From: an uncultured bacterium
GTDB lineage: Bacteria; Verrucomicrobiota; Verrucomicrobiia; Limisphaerales; UBA8199
Direction: 5' to 3'
Assembly (NCBI GenBank): GCA_963749495.1
Contig: CAVVMW010000001.1
Coordinates: 288,001 to 352,000, forward strand
DNA: 64,000 nt
Below are positions 48,386 to 59,456 of this stretch, piece by piece. Position 1 is the first letter of the stretch. Each line of letters starts with the position of its first letter. The notes under the pieces are model-generated. The model was not told where the DNA came from. It did no database searches and saw nothing but the letters and a program-made list of their open reading frames with translations. Position numbers and translations under genes: made by a program.

Positions 48386-49420
48386 ATGAATACCATCGAA
48401 GTTCCCCACAACACCGTCCTGACGCCTTACGAGAGCGAGCGGGTCCTGCTGGAGCGTTTGTCGGCCGGGCGGGCGCGGATCGAGGGCGAGTTGGCCAAGG
48501 TGATCGTCGGGCAAAAAGAGGTCATCGAGCAGATCCTCATCGCCCTGTTCGCCGGGGGCCATTGCCTCATCACGGGGGCGCCCGGTTTGGCAAAGACTCT
48601 CCTGGTCAAATCCATCGCGCGCATCTTCCATCTCAAATTCCAACGGATTCAATTCACGCCCGACCTCATGCCGGCCGACATCACGGGGACCGAGATTCTG
48701 CAGGAGACCGGCGAGGGGCGGAAGATGCAGTTTGTGCGCGGACCGGTGTTTGCGAACATGATCCTGGCCGATGAGATCAACCGCACGCCGCCCAAGACCC
48801 AGTCCGCGCTGCTGGAGGCCATGCAGGAGCACCAGGTCACCGCCGCCGGGATTCGCCACGCGCTGGAGGAGCCGTTCTTCGTGCTCGCCACCCAGAACCC
48901 CATCGAGATGGAGGGCACTTATCCGCTGCCGGAGGCGCAACTGGACCGGTTCATGTTCAACGTGGTCATGGACTACCTCCCCGAGGACGAAGAGGTGGAC
49001 GTAGTCGCGCGGACTACCGCCCAGACGCCCGCGCCCATCGAGGCCCTCTTCACGGGCAACGACGTGCTCGACTTCCACGAGTTGGTCCGCAAGGTGCCGG
49101 TGGCCCAGGAGATGGTCCGCTACGCCGTGCGGTTGGCCGCCGCCTCGCGCCCGCGCCAGCCCGGCGCGCCCGATTTCATTAACGAGTGGGCCAGTTGGGG
49201 CGCGGGGACCCGGGCCGGCCAGTTCCTGGTGCTCGGCGCCAAGGCCCGCGCCATCTTCAAAGGCAGGGTCCATGTCAGCGCCGAGGACATCCGCAGCCTG
49301 GCCTATCCCACCTTGCGCCACCGCATCCTTCTCAATTACCGCGCCGAGGCCGAGGGCGTCACCGTCGAGGCCGTCATCCGGCGGCTGCTCGAAACCATCA
49401 AGCCCCCGCTGGGCCAATGA
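48386..49420 (+). CDS. MoxR family AAA+ ATPase
   Basis: GAPGLAKT, RIQFTPDLMPADITG, LADEINRTPPKTQSALLEAMQE, ATQNPIE.EGTYPLPEAQLDRF. Confidence 0.96.
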   Translation: MNTIEVPHNTVLTPYESERVLLERLSAGRARIEGELAKVIVGQKEVIEQILIALFAGGHCLITGAPGLAKTLLVKSIARIFHLKFQRIQFTPDLMPADITGTEILQETGEGRKMQFVRGPVFANMILADEINRTPPKTQSALLEAMQEHQVTAAGIRHALEEPFFVLATQNPIEMEGTYPLPEAQLDRFMFNVVMDYLPEDEEVDVVARTTAQTPAPIEALFTGNDVLDFHELVRKVPVAQEMVRYAVRLAAASRPRQPGAPDFINEWASWGAGTRAGQFLVLGAKARAIFKGRVHVSAEDIRSLAYPTLRHRILLNYRAEAEGVTVEAVIRRLLETIKPPLGQ

Positions 49421-49543
49421 GGGCATGAAATCCGGGTACCTCTCCACCTCCTCGCGCGACCGGTCAGACGAGTCAGACCGGTCGGACCGGTCGGACGCGT
49501 CGCACGCGCTCTATAAGATGCCCGCCGGGCTTGATTGCACGCC

Positions 49544-50485
49544 ATGACCCCTGCCCCCTCCTCCCCCACGTTCTCCGGCTCCTCGCTGGTCGATCCGCGC
49601 ACGCTCATGAGCATCCGCAACCTGGAGCTGCGCGCCCGCGTGGTGGTCGAGGGTTTCTGGAGCGGCCTCCATCGCAGCCCCTATCACGGCTTCTCGGTCG
49701 AGTTCACTGAGTACCGCCAGTATTCGCCCGACGACGACCCGCGCTACCTGGACTGGCGCGTGTTTGCCCGGAGCAACCGCTACTTCATCAAGAAGTTCCA
49801 GGACGAGACCAATTTGCGGTGCTACACCCTGGCCGACGCCAGCCGTTCGATGACCTACGGTTCGCTCGGCTACACCAAGGCCGAATACGCGGCCACGCTG
49901 GCGGCAACGCTCACTTATTTCCTCTACCTGCAAGGCGACGCGGTCGGTCTGCTGACCTTTGACGAGGAGTTGCGCGATTATCTGCCGGCGCGGCACCGGG
50001 CGGGGCACCTGCGTCAGGCCATGCTGGCGCTGCAAAAACCGGCCCAGGGCCGGGGCACCAGCCTCAGCGCCCCCCTGGAGCGGATTGTCCAGATTGTCCG
50101 CAAACGCAGCCTCATGGTGCTGATCTCCGATTTCCTGGCGCCCCTGGAGCGGCTGGAATCCAACCTCATCGCCCTGTCCGCCTGCGGCCACGAGGTCATC
50201 GTCTTCCAGGTGCTCGACCCGGCCGAGCTCTCCCTGGATTTCAGCGAGCCGTCTATGTTCGAGGACGTCGAGTCCGGGCGCGTGCTCTTCATCAATCCCG
50301 GCTCGGCGCGCAAAGAGTACCGGCGCAAGCTCGACGCGCACTGCCAGGCGCTGCGCTCAACCTGCCAGCGGCTGGGCATCGCCTGCGAATCCCTGGTCAC
50401 CGACCGCCCGCTGGAGTTGGCCCTCTTCGGCTTCCTGCGCCGGCGCATGCAGCAGAAGCGCGGCGCCCGTCGGGGGACATTTTAG
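49544..50485 (+). CDS. DUF58 domain protein
   Basis: GLHRSPYHGFSVEF.EYRQY..DD.R.LDW, DASRSM, ISDF, QVLDP.E. Confidence 0.93.
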   Translation: MTPAPSSPTFSGSSLVDPRTLMSIRNLELRARVVVEGFWSGLHRSPYHGFSVEFTEYRQYSPDDDPRYLDWRVFARSNRYFIKKFQDETNLRCYTLADASRSMTYGSLGYTKAEYAATLAATLTYFLYLQGDAVGLLTFDEELRDYLPARHRAGHLRQAMLALQKPAQGRGTSLSAPLERIVQIVRKRSLMVLISDFLAPLERLESNLIALSACGHEVIVFQVLDPAELSLDFSEPSMFEDVESGRVLFINPGSARKEYRRKLDAHCQALRSTCQRLGIACESLVTDRPLELALFGFLRRRMQQKRGARRGTF

Positions 50486-50554
50486 CGCCATGTTCGAGAC
50501 GTTTTCATCGTGGGTTCTTCCGGCCCTTCGGGCCGGGGAACGGAGCCGCACGGC

Positions 50555-52678
50555 ATGAGCTTTCTCACCCCACTGTTTCTGCTGGGCGCGTTGGCGGTGG
50601 CGCTGCCGGTGGTCTTTCACCTGATTCGGCGGACGACCCGGCAACGGACGCGGTTCAGTTCGTTGATGTTCCTGGAGCCGTCGCCGCCGCGGCTGACGCA
50701 GCGCAGCCGGCTGGAGCATATTCTGCTGCTGGTCTTGCGGTGCGCGGCGGTTTGCCTGCTGGCGCTGGCCTTCGCGCGTCCCTTTTTCAGGCGAGCGGTC
50801 CCGAGCGTGGCGCCCTCGGCGGCGGGGCGTCTGGTGGTGCTGGTGGACAGCAGCGCCAGCATGCGGCGCGGCGGCCTTTGGGCCGAGGCACGGGAGAAGG
50901 CCGAGTCGGTCCTGCGCCAAACGGCGCCTGCGGACCAGGCGGCGGTGTTCACCTTCGATCGGCAGATGACCCCGGTCATGAGCTTCGAGCAATGGAACGC
51001 CGCCGCGCCGGGCCAGCGCGTGGCGCTGGCCACGGGGAAATTGGCCGCTGTTGCGCCCGGTTGGTCCGGCACGCACCTGGGCCGGGCGCTCATCGAGGCA
51101 GCGGAACTGCTGGCCGATGCCGCCGGCAAGCCCGCTGCCGGGCCGGGCCGAATCGTTCTGATCAGCGACCTGCAGGAAGGCAGCCGCCTGGAGCCGCTCC
51201 GGGGCTACGAGTGGCCCAAGAACGTCGCGGTCTCGGTCGTGTCCCTCAAGTCCAGGCCCGGCAGCAATGCTTCGCTGCAGTGGTTGGCCGAGCCGGACGA
51301 TGCGCCGGTCCAGGCGGCCGCCGCGGTGCGCGCGCGGGTGAACAACGCGGCGGATTCGCGCCGCGACCAGTTCCGGGTCGGCTGGGCTCGGGCGGAGGGC
51401 CGCACCTTTGCGGGCGCGCCAATCGAGGTCTATGTGCCGCCGGGCCAAAGCCGGGTCGTGGCCCTGCCTTTGCCCGTCGTCCAGGGCGATCGGGCCGGCA
51501 GCAATGCGCCCGTGGCCGCAGCGGGCCAGCCATCCCCCCCACCGGGTTCCGACCGCATCCTCTTGCAGGGAGACGACGAGGATTTCGACAATACGGTTTT
51601 CGTCGTCCCTCCCGAGACCGAGCGATTGAGCGTGCTTTATTGCGGCGGCGATTCCGAGAAGGACCCGGCCCAGCCGCTATACTTCCTGCGCCGCGCATTT
51701 CAAGAGACCCGGCGCCAGGCGGTGCAAGTGGCCGTCTGTCCGCCGGCCCCGGCTGCCGGCCTCGCGGCGGCGACATTCTTCGTCGTGGCCGGGCCGTTGC
51801 CGGAGGCCCTGGCCGCGGCGGTGCGCCAGCAGGTCACTGCCGGCAAGACGGTCCTGATTGCCCTGCGCGCCGGCGCGTCCAGCGCGCGCGCGCTGGCCGC
51901 GCTGCTGGGCCTGGAACGTCCGGCCATCGAAGAGGCCTCGCTCAAAGACCATGCCATCCTCGGCGAGATTGATTTCCGCCATCCGCTCTTCGTTCCATTC
52001 GCCGACCCGCGCTTCAGCGACTTCAGCAGGATTCATTTCTGGAAGTATCGCCGCCTCGATGCGGCGACGATACCGTCGGCGCGCGTCCTGGCGAGGTTCG
52101 ACACGGGCGACCCGGCCCTGGTCGAGGTCCCGCTCGGCCATGGCCGGGCACTGGTCCTGACTTCCTGCTGGGACCCGGAGGACAGCCAGTTGGCACTCTC
52201 GACGAAGTTCGTTCCGTTGCTTTACGCAATTCTCGAGAGCAGCGGCGCCCCGGCTCCAGTGCCAGCCCAATACCAGGTTGGCAACACGGTCCCGCTGGCC
52301 AAGGCCGGCGCGACGGTCCGGACCCCGGACGGCTCGGTCATCCACTTGGATGCCGGCCAGACTAACTTCTCGACAACCGTGACGCCGGGCATCTATACGC
52401 TCCCATCGGCCCAGCCGCCCCGGCGCTTCGCCGTCAATCTCGATGCCACCGAGAGCCGCACGACGCCCATGTCGGCGGACGAGTTCGAGCGGTTGGGCGT
52501 GCCCTTGGCACGGCAGGAAAGGGCCGTGGCCCTCGAGGCGCAACGCAAAGTCCGCCTCCAGGACGCCGAGTTGGAGGGACGCCAGCGGCTCTGGCGCCTC
52601 TGCCTCCTGGCGGCGCTGGGCGTGCTATTGGTCGAAACCTGGCTCGCGGCGAAAACGACTAAGAGAGGTGTACGTTGA
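50555..52678 (+). CDS. BatA N-terminal / vWA domain membrane protein
   Basis: MSFLTPLFLLG..PV.FHL..R..FSSLMFL..LLL.LR..LAFARP; DSSASM MIDAS; ISDLQ; VNLD..ES; C-terminal TM. Confidence 0.9.
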   Translation: MSFLTPLFLLGALAVALPVVFHLIRRTTRQRTRFSSLMFLEPSPPRLTQRSRLEHILLLVLRCAAVCLLALAFARPFFRRAVPSVAPSAAGRLVVLVDSSASMRRGGLWAEAREKAESVLRQTAPADQAAVFTFDRQMTPVMSFEQWNAAAPGQRVALATGKLAAVAPGWSGTHLGRALIEAAELLADAAGKPAAGPGRIVLISDLQEGSRLEPLRGYEWPKNVAVSVVSLKSRPGSNASLQWLAEPDDAPVQAAAAVRARVNNAADSRRDQFRVGWARAEGRTFAGAPIEVYVPPGQSRVVALPLPVVQGDRAGSNAPVAAAGQPSPPPGSDRILLQGDDEDFDNTVFVVPPETERLSVLYCGGDSEKDPAQPLYFLRRAFQETRRQAVQVAVCPPAPAAGLAAATFFVVAGPLPEALAAAVRQQVTAGKTVLIALRAGASSARALAALLGLERPAIEEASLKDHAILGEIDFRHPLFVPFADPRFSDFSRIHFWKYRRLDAATIPSARVLARFDTGDPALVEVPLGHGRALVLTSCWDPEDSQLALSTKFVPLLYAILESSGAPAPVPAQYQVGNTVPLAKAGATVRTPDGSVIHLDAGQTNFSTTVTPGIYTLPSAQPPRRFAVNLDATESRTTPMSADEFERLGVPLARQERAVALEAQRKVRLQDAELEGRQRLWRLCLLAALGVLLVETWLAAKTTKRGVR

Positions 52679-52723
52679 CAATGTTACGCGTCCGCTGCCA
52701 TCAAACGCCGCGAAGGCCGCAAG

Positions 52724-52810
52724 GTTTTGGACTGCGCCAGTCCTCTGGCGCTTTCGCGTCCCCGATCCAGCGGCTCCAAAAAGCGCCAGAGGACTGGCGC
52801 AGTCCAAAAC
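52724..52810. repeat. Palindromic family B copy
   Basis: Same arms as 47026-47105. Confidence 0.88.
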
Positions 52811-52865
52811 GCTGTCGCGTTGTCGCCTGCGCTGCGCGGTGAGTTCAACAACGTGACACTCATTC

Positions 52866-54521
52866 ATGTCTATTGACCCCCATCTCGAATCGCGGTTAGC
52901 GCGGGTTGCGGAGCGGCGGCGCCAGTTGCGGCTCTGGCGGGGCCTGGCGATGTGCTGGGCCGGCGCTGCGCTGGCCGGGCTGGGATGCGTGGCGCTGCAG
53001 CGGGCCAGTGGATGGACCTCATCGCTGGCGTGCCCGGCGCTGGCCCTGGCGGGGGCGGCGGCGGCCTTTGTGGTGTTGGGCCGGTCCGGCCGGGAGGAGC
53101 CAGACTGGCGGGAACTGGCCGTCCAGGTCGAGGGTCAATGCCCGGATTTGGATGGCCGCCTGCTCACGGCCGTGCAAATTCAACAGGCGCCCCTAGGGGG
53201 AGCGCGACCCGGTTTCATGCAGCAGCGTCTGGTGCGGGAGGCGCTGGAGGGCAGCTACAAGAGCGATTGGGTGCAGTCGGTCCCCAAATCGTTCCTGCGA
53301 TGGGCGCAGGCGGCGCATTGGCTGGCCCTGATCTTGTTCCTGGCGGCCTTGTCGGGGCTGCGCACGACAGGGGGACACCGCCTCCTGGCGCGGAACCCGG
53401 ATTTCGGATTCGGGATCACCGTCACGCCCGGCGACACCCAACTCGAACGGGGTGAGAGCCTGGTGGTTCTGGCGCGCTTCGGCCGCACGCTGCCTGCAAC
53501 CGTGGATTTGGTCATCGGTCCTGCCGCAGGCTCGGCGCGGCGCATCCCGCTGGTCAAGAGCCTGTCGGACCCCTTGTTCGGCTGCAGTGTCCCGGACCTG
53601 GCGAGCAACGTCGTTTATCATGTCGAATACGGCGGCCGGCGCACGCGCGACTACAACGTCACCGTGTTCGAGTACCCGCGCCTGGAGCGCGCCGATGCCG
53701 ATGTGACGTTCCCCGACTACACCGCACAGCCCCCCAAACACATCGAGAACACACGGCGGCTCAGCGCGGTCCAAGGCTCGCGCCTGGACCTCCTTCTCCA
53801 TTTCAACAAGCCGGTCACGGTGGCCCGGCTTGTGGCCAAGGACAAAGGGCGCGCGGTCCTGGCGTTGGCGGCCGGCACCAATGCCTCCCTGGCTCAGCTC
53901 AGCCAATTCCCGCTCACCGCCAGCCGCAGCTACGAACTGCAGCTCCAGGACGCCCAGGGGCGCACCAACAAGGCCCCCGCCCAGTTTGTCTTCGAGGTCT
54001 TGACCAACCGCCCGCCCGAACTCCGCCTGGCCTCGCCACACGGCGACATCCGCCCTTCCCCGCTCGAGGAGGTCACCTTCGACGGCACGGTTTGGGACGA
54101 CTTCGGCGTCCGGGCCTACGGGTTGGGCTACACCGTGGCTGGAAAGGATTTGCAGCTTGTCGAACTGGGCCGCGCCGTCCCGGCCCAGGAAAAGCGGCCC
54201 TTCCATTACCTGCTGCGGTTCGAGGACCTCGCCGTGCAGCCGGACCAACTGGTCGCCTGGTTCGTTTGGGCCGAGGACCTCGGTCCGGACGGCCGGCCCC
54301 GGCGCACCACCGGCGACCTGTTCTTCGCCGAGGTCCGGCCCTTCAACGAGGTCTTCCGCCAAGGCTCGGGCATGGAGGGCGGCCAACAGGGGGGAGACCA
54401 GTCGGGCAACCAGGCCGGCGGCGGCCAGAGCGCCCGCCTGGTGGAAATGCAAAAGCAGATCATGATCGCCACCTGGAAACTCCGGCGCGAGCAGAATCCT
54501 GCCCCGGCAACGGCAAAATGA
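52866..54521 (+). CDS. DUF4175-like membrane protein, N-terminal part
   Basis: Three TM helices, LDGRLLTAV, Ig-like blocks VTPGD, FPDYT, FNKPV, PP......P..D, DDFGV; ends at QKQIMIATWKL. Confidence 0.8.
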   Translation: MSIDPHLESRLARVAERRRQLRLWRGLAMCWAGAALAGLGCVALQRASGWTSSLACPALALAGAAAAFVVLGRSGREEPDWRELAVQVEGQCPDLDGRLLTAVQIQQAPLGGARPGFMQQRLVREALEGSYKSDWVQSVPKSFLRWAQAAHWLALILFLAALSGLRTTGGHRLLARNPDFGFGITVTPGDTQLERGESLVVLARFGRTLPATVDLVIGPAAGSARRIPLVKSLSDPLFGCSVPDLASNVVYHVEYGGRRTRDYNVTVFEYPRLERADADVTFPDYTAQPPKHIENTRRLSAVQGSRLDLLLHFNKPVTVARLVAKDKGRAVLALAAGTNASLAQLSQFPLTASRSYELQLQDAQGRTNKAPAQFVFEVLTNRPPELRLASPHGDIRPSPLEEVTFDGTVWDDFGVRAYGLGYTVAGKDLQLVELGRAVPAQEKRPFHYLLRFEDLAVQPDQLVAWFVWAEDLGPDGRPRRTTGDLFFAEVRPFNEVFRQGSGMEGGQQGGDQSGNQAGGGQSARLVEMQKQIMIATWKLRREQNPAPATAK

Positions 54522-54528
54522 ATTTCTC

Positions 54529-56856
54529 ATGAAAACGGAACACAGGCAAAATCATTGGTGGCAAAATCATCAGAAGAGACTTTCTGATTGGCTTCCTTCT
54601 AAATTGCTCGAGCTTTGCAGGGGATTTCGGACGCCGGAGGGCACGGATAAAAAGAATCCGTGTAATCCGTGTAATCCGTGGTTCTTCCGTAGCTTTCGGC
54701 GCCTTGCTTGTGTATTGGCGGCTCTGACGCTCGTCGGTTCCGGCTCGATCGGGTCGGTCGAGGGGCAGGGCGCTGAGGGTGCTGTGCTTGGCCAGGCGGG
54801 GCCGAACGCCAGGCGCGGTGGACGAACCTCTCCAGCCCAGGCCCAGGCCGCGCAACCGGCGGCGCCGGGCGACGATCTGGGAGTCATTCTGGAGTCCCAG
54901 GCCCAGGTGCTCGAGCAGGCCAGGGCCGCTGCACAACGCCAGGCCGACCCGCGCGCGGCTGCTCTTTGGGCCACGGCCATCCGGGAGATGGATCGGACAC
55001 TGTCCCGTCTCCGGGCGGCCACCAACTCGCCCAGTGCGCTTGCCGAGGCGCTGGCGGCCGAACAGGCCGCCTACCAGGCCCTGCTCAGGGTCCAGGAACA
55101 TGAGTACCAGGTCTCGCGCCAGCGCAACCGCAGCCAGGGCTCCAACTCCGGCGGAGAGCAGATGCAACGGCAACTCGACCAGATGGATCTGACGGAATCG
55201 GAGAACCGCTACGAGGAACAGCGCCAGGCCCAGGCTCCGCAGACCGGGCAGCGGCGCGAGCAATTGCAGGTGCTCAATCGGCTCCAGGAACTGGCCCGCC
55301 GCCAGCAGGACCTCAACGACCGGCTCAAGGAACTCCAGACTGCCCTGCAAGAGGCCAGGAGCGAGGAAGAGCGGGCTGAAATCCAGCGTCGCCTCAAGCG
55401 CCTGGAGGAAGAGGAGCAGCAGATGGTGGCGGACATGGACGAACTGCGGCAGCGGATGGACCGGCCGGAGAGCCAATCCAGCATGGCGCAGGAGCGGCAG
55501 CAGTTGGAGCAAACCCGCCAGGACGCGCAGCGGGCGGCCCAGGCGGCCGGACAAGGGGCGGCCTCGCAGGCGCTGGCGGCCGGGACGCGCGCCCAGGAGC
55601 AGTTGCAACAGATGCGCGACAAACTGCGCAAGGAAAACTCCAGCCAGTTCGACCAGGACCTGCGCGACATGCGCGCCCAAGCCCGCGAGTTGGCCCAAAA
55701 ACACGAGGACCTCCAGCAGCAGATGCAAAAGGAAAGCGCCCCTGGCCCCAAAACTCTCTCCGACTCCGGCGAGCGCGGCAAGATGCTCGAACAATTGGCC
55801 CAGCAGCGCGAGCGCCTGACCAACCTGGTCCAGCGCGCCGACCAGATCTCCGAGCAGGCCGAGGCCCCCGAGCCTCTGCTCTCCAAGCAACTTTATGATT
55901 CGGTCCGCCGCTTCACCCAGGACAGCGCCAAGGACGTCAAAGACCTCCAGGAGCGTCTTTTTGACCAGCGCCTGATGACCCGCGGCCTCCTGGATCGGTT
56001 CAAAAGCCAGGACCCCGACGGCGCCAAGCTCCTCGACGCCACCTCCGAACTGCTCCGCCTGGACGCCCCGTCCGAGGCCGCCCAAACCGCCCAGCGCCTC
56101 GGCCCTCGCCTGGACGAACTCAAACGCGGCATCGAGCGCGCCGCCGAGAGTGTGCTGGGCGACGACACCGAGGCGCTGCGCCTGGCCCAGCAGGAATTAA
56201 ACCGGCTGACCGACCAGTTGCAGCAGGAGTCTCTCAAGGCCCAGGCCGAGGCCTCCGCCGGCGGCACCAACCAGACGGCTTCTGTCGGCGGCCAATCCGG
56301 CTCGGTCCGACCCGTCGGACCGGTCGGACCGGTCCGACAGACAACAGCCCAGGACGGCGGCGCACGATCGGCGGGCGCCGAAACTCCCGCTGCCGCCTCC
56401 GGTTCGACCCGCGACGGAGGCCGGTTCAACACCGCTTCGGCCGGGGGCGGAGGGGGCGATGCCAACGCCAACTGGCCTCGCGATTTGAACCGGCTGCTCG
56501 ACGAGCGCGGCTGGCGGCGCGACGGGCCGCTGACAGGAGATGATTTTGTCAACTGGTCGGATCGCCTGCGGGATGTCGAGGAGATGATCGAGGAGCCCGG
56601 CTTGCGAAACGAGGTGGCGCTGGCGCGCGAACGTGCCCGGGTGCTGCGGCAGGATTTCAAGCGCGACCGCAAAAAGCCCGACTGGGCGGTGGTCCGTTTG
56701 CAGGTCATGAATCCCTTGAGCGAGGTGCGGGACCGAATCACGGAAGAATTGGCGCGGCGCCAATCGCGCGATGCGCTGGTCCCCATAGACCGCGACCCGG
56801 TGCCCAGCCGTTACTCCGACCTGGTGCGGAGGTACTACGAGGAACTTGGGAAATGA
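54529..56856 (+). CDS. DUF4175-like protein, C-terminal coiled-coil part, with repeat-derived N-terminus
   Basis: Gln/Glu/Arg-rich coiled coil, W.DRLRDVEEM, LVPIDRDPVP.RY..LVRRYYEELG. Confidence 0.8.
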   Translation: MKTEHRQNHWWQNHQKRLSDWLPSKLLELCRGFRTPEGTDKKNPCNPCNPWFFRSFRRLACVLAALTLVGSGSIGSVEGQGAEGAVLGQAGPNARRGGRTSPAQAQAAQPAAPGDDLGVILESQAQVLEQARAAAQRQADPRAAALWATAIREMDRTLSRLRAATNSPSALAEALAAEQAAYQALLRVQEHEYQVSRQRNRSQGSNSGGEQMQRQLDQMDLTESENRYEEQRQAQAPQTGQRREQLQVLNRLQELARRQQDLNDRLKELQTALQEARSEEERAEIQRRLKRLEEEEQQMVADMDELRQRMDRPESQSSMAQERQQLEQTRQDAQRAAQAAGQGAASQALAAGTRAQEQLQQMRDKLRKENSSQFDQDLRDMRAQARELAQKHEDLQQQMQKESAPGPKTLSDSGERGKMLEQLAQQRERLTNLVQRADQISEQAEAPEPLLSKQLYDSVRRFTQDSAKDVKDLQERLFDQRLMTRGLLDRFKSQDPDGAKLLDATSELLRLDAPSEAAQTAQRLGPRLDELKRGIERAAESVLGDDTEALRLAQQELNRLTDQLQQESLKAQAEASAGGTNQTASVGGQSGSVRPVGPVGPVRQTTAQDGGARSAGAETPAAASGSTRDGGRFNTASAGGGGGDANANWPRDLNRLLDERGWRRDGPLTGDDFVNWSDRLRDVEEMIEEPGLRNEVALARERARVLRQDFKRDRKKPDWAVVRLQVMNPLSEVRDRITEELARRQSRDALVPIDRDPVPSRYSDLVRRYYEELGK

Positions 56857-56905
56857 GGCGCAACAAATGCATGGCCAAAGCCCGTCGCAAAGCCGGGAGT
56901 GGGGG

Positions 56906-57018
56906 ACCTTTGTCGCAGCCTTTGTCGAAACCTTTGTCGGGTTGGCGATTCTTCGACAAAGGTGCCGACAAAGGCTGCGACAAAGGTACGGAATCAGAGC
57001 TTTTGGGACAGGCTCTAG
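56906..57018. repeat. CCTTTGTCG/CGACAAAGG palindromic element, intergenic copy
   Basis: Inverted homolog of 11945-12045, including the shared flank AAAAGCTCTG. Confidence 0.8.
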
Positions 57019-57057
57019 CTATTTCGGGGACACCACACTAGCGCACCTTTCGTGAAT

Positions 57058-59456
57058 ATGCCCCTTGCGAGCCTCCTGATTCCCGATTCCGCCTGGTTCT
57101 GGCCGGCGATCGTTGTGCTGGTCTTGGGGGCGGTGGTGTTGATTGGGAGTTACAGGGCGGCGGCGCCGGGGGTGGCGCGCTGGATTTGCCCGGCGCTGAA
57201 ACTGCTGGGCCTGGCGGCGCTGGGTTTCTGCCTGCTCGAACCGCTCTGGTCGGGCCAGCGGGCCCGGCCCGGGCAAACCTCTTCGCCATCGTCGCCGACA
57301 ACAGCCAGAGCCTGCTGGTCAAAGACCGCGCCTGGGGGCTAAGCCGGGGCGACTACCTCCGCAACCTGCTCGATGCCCGGCGCGCCGCATGGCTGGGGAC
57401 GCTGGAGGAGAACTTCGAGGTCCGGCGCTATCTCTTCGATGCCCGCCTTCAAAGCGCCAAGGACTTCGGCGAGCTGACCTTCGACGGCCGGGCCTCGGCC
57501 CTGGGCGCAGCATTGCGCACCCTGGCCGAGCGGTTCCAGGGCCGCCCGCTGGCCGGGGTGTTGCTCCTGACCGACGGCAATGCCACCGACCTGCGCGCTG
57601 CGCCCGACCTGCCCGGCCTGCCGCCCATCTACCCCGTGGTCATCGGCAGCCGCCAGCCGCTCAAGGACATCGCCCTCCAGCAAGTCCGCACCACCCAAAC
57701 CGATTTCGAGGACGCCCCGGTCGCCATCCAGGCCAACGTCACCGCCGCCGGTTTCGGCGGGCAGAGCATCGCGGCCCAGGTGCTCGATGCCTCAGGCCGG
57801 CAGGTGGCCGAGCAATCTCTCCGGGCTCGAGGCGACACCAACGTGCTCGCCTTCCGGTTCGAGTTGCGGCCCGAAAAGCCGGGTCTGTCCTTTTACCGCA
57901 TTCGAGTGGGGCAGGCCTCCAGCCTGCACGACCGCGTCCGGGCCAGCGAGGAGGTGGCGCCGGCCCTTTCCGCCAAGGATTCCCAGGAGGCGACGCTGGC
58001 CAACAACACCTCGGTGGTGGCTGTGGACCGCGGGCGCGGCCCGTATCGGATTCTGTATGTGGCGGGCCGGCCGAACTGGGAATTCAAGTTCCTGAACCGG
58101 GCCGTCGAGGAGGACGAGCAACTCCAGTTGGTGGGCCTGATCCGGGTCGCCCGGCGCGAGCCGCGGTTTAATTTCATGGGACGGCCCGGCGAGAGCAGCA
58201 ACCCGCTGTATCGCGGCTTTGGCAACCAGTCCGCCGAAGAGGTCGAGCGCTACGACCAGCCGGTCCTGGTGCGGCTCAACACGCGCGACCAGTTCGAGCT
58301 GCGCGGCGGTTTCCCCCGGACCGCCGAGGAACTCTACGGCTACCAAGCGGTCATCCTGGACCATCTGGAGGCCGAATTCTTCACGCCCGACCAGGCGGTG
58401 TTGCTGCAGAAATTCGTCTCGGAGCGCGGCGGCGGCTTGCTCATGCTCGGGGGCGCGGAATCGTTCGAGGAGGGCAAATACCAGCGCACGCCCATTGGGG
58501 ACATGCTGCCGGTGTACCTGGAGCGCGCTCAACCGAGTGCGGCCCCCACCCTGCGCATGGACCTGACGCGAGAGGGCCTGCTCCAATCCTGGGCGCGCGT
58601 GCGCGACAACGAGGCCGACGAAAAAACGCGGCTCCGGAGCATGGCGCCCTTTGAAGTGTTCAACCACGTCCACGGCGTGAAGCCCGGGGCGAGCGTCATC
58701 GCCACCGTCCAGGACGCCGCCGGCAAGACCTTCCCGGCGCTGGTGGTCCAGCGGTTTGGAAGGGGCCGGACGGCGGCCCTGACCATCGGGGATGTCTGGC
58801 ACTGGGGCTTCCACGATGCCGAGGCGCACCGGGACATGGACAAGGCCTGGCGCCAACTCATGCGCTGGCTGGTCACCGACGTGCCCAACCGCGTGGACCT
58901 GGCCGCCGAGCGCCAGCCCGAGGACCCGAATGGGGCGGTCAGCCTGCGGGTGCGCGTGCGCGATCCCAAGTACCTGCCCCTCGATAATGCCAGCGTCAGC
59001 CTCGAGGTCCGCCGCGTCCTGGGCGAATCCGCCCCCGACCCCGGGACCAATTTCATCCGGCTCCGCGCCGAGCCCTCGGCGGCCGAACCGGGTCTTTACG
59101 AGTCGGCCTATCTCCCGCGCGCCACCGGGGGTTACAAGGTCAGCGCTTGCGTGACCAACTCGGAGGGCGTCGAGGTGGGCCGCGCCGAGGCGGGCTGGAG
59201 CACCGACCTGGCCGCCGACGAGTTTCGCTACCTGGCGCCGAACGTGGCGCTGCTGGAGGCCATTGCCCGGAAGACTGGCGGGGAAGTCATCGGCGCCGAG
59301 GCCCTGGACCGGTTCGCGCGCCGCGCCCCGCGCCGCCCGGCGCCGGTGATGGAGGCCTGGACCCGCCCGCTGTGGCACACCCCGGCCGTCTTGGCCTTCG
59401 CCCTGGCCTGCTTCATCGGCGAATGGGGCCTGCGGCGGTGGAAAGGATTGCCATGA
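57058..59456 (+). CDS. Membrane protein with vWA-like and glutamine-amidotransferase-like domains; 1-nt deletion at about 57271
   Basis: Two TM + LLEPLWSGQRARPG in one frame, ANLFAIVADNSQS..LLTDG..GRPNWEFKFL.R..RGGGLLMLGG..EWGLRRWKGLP in the next. Confidence 0.85.
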
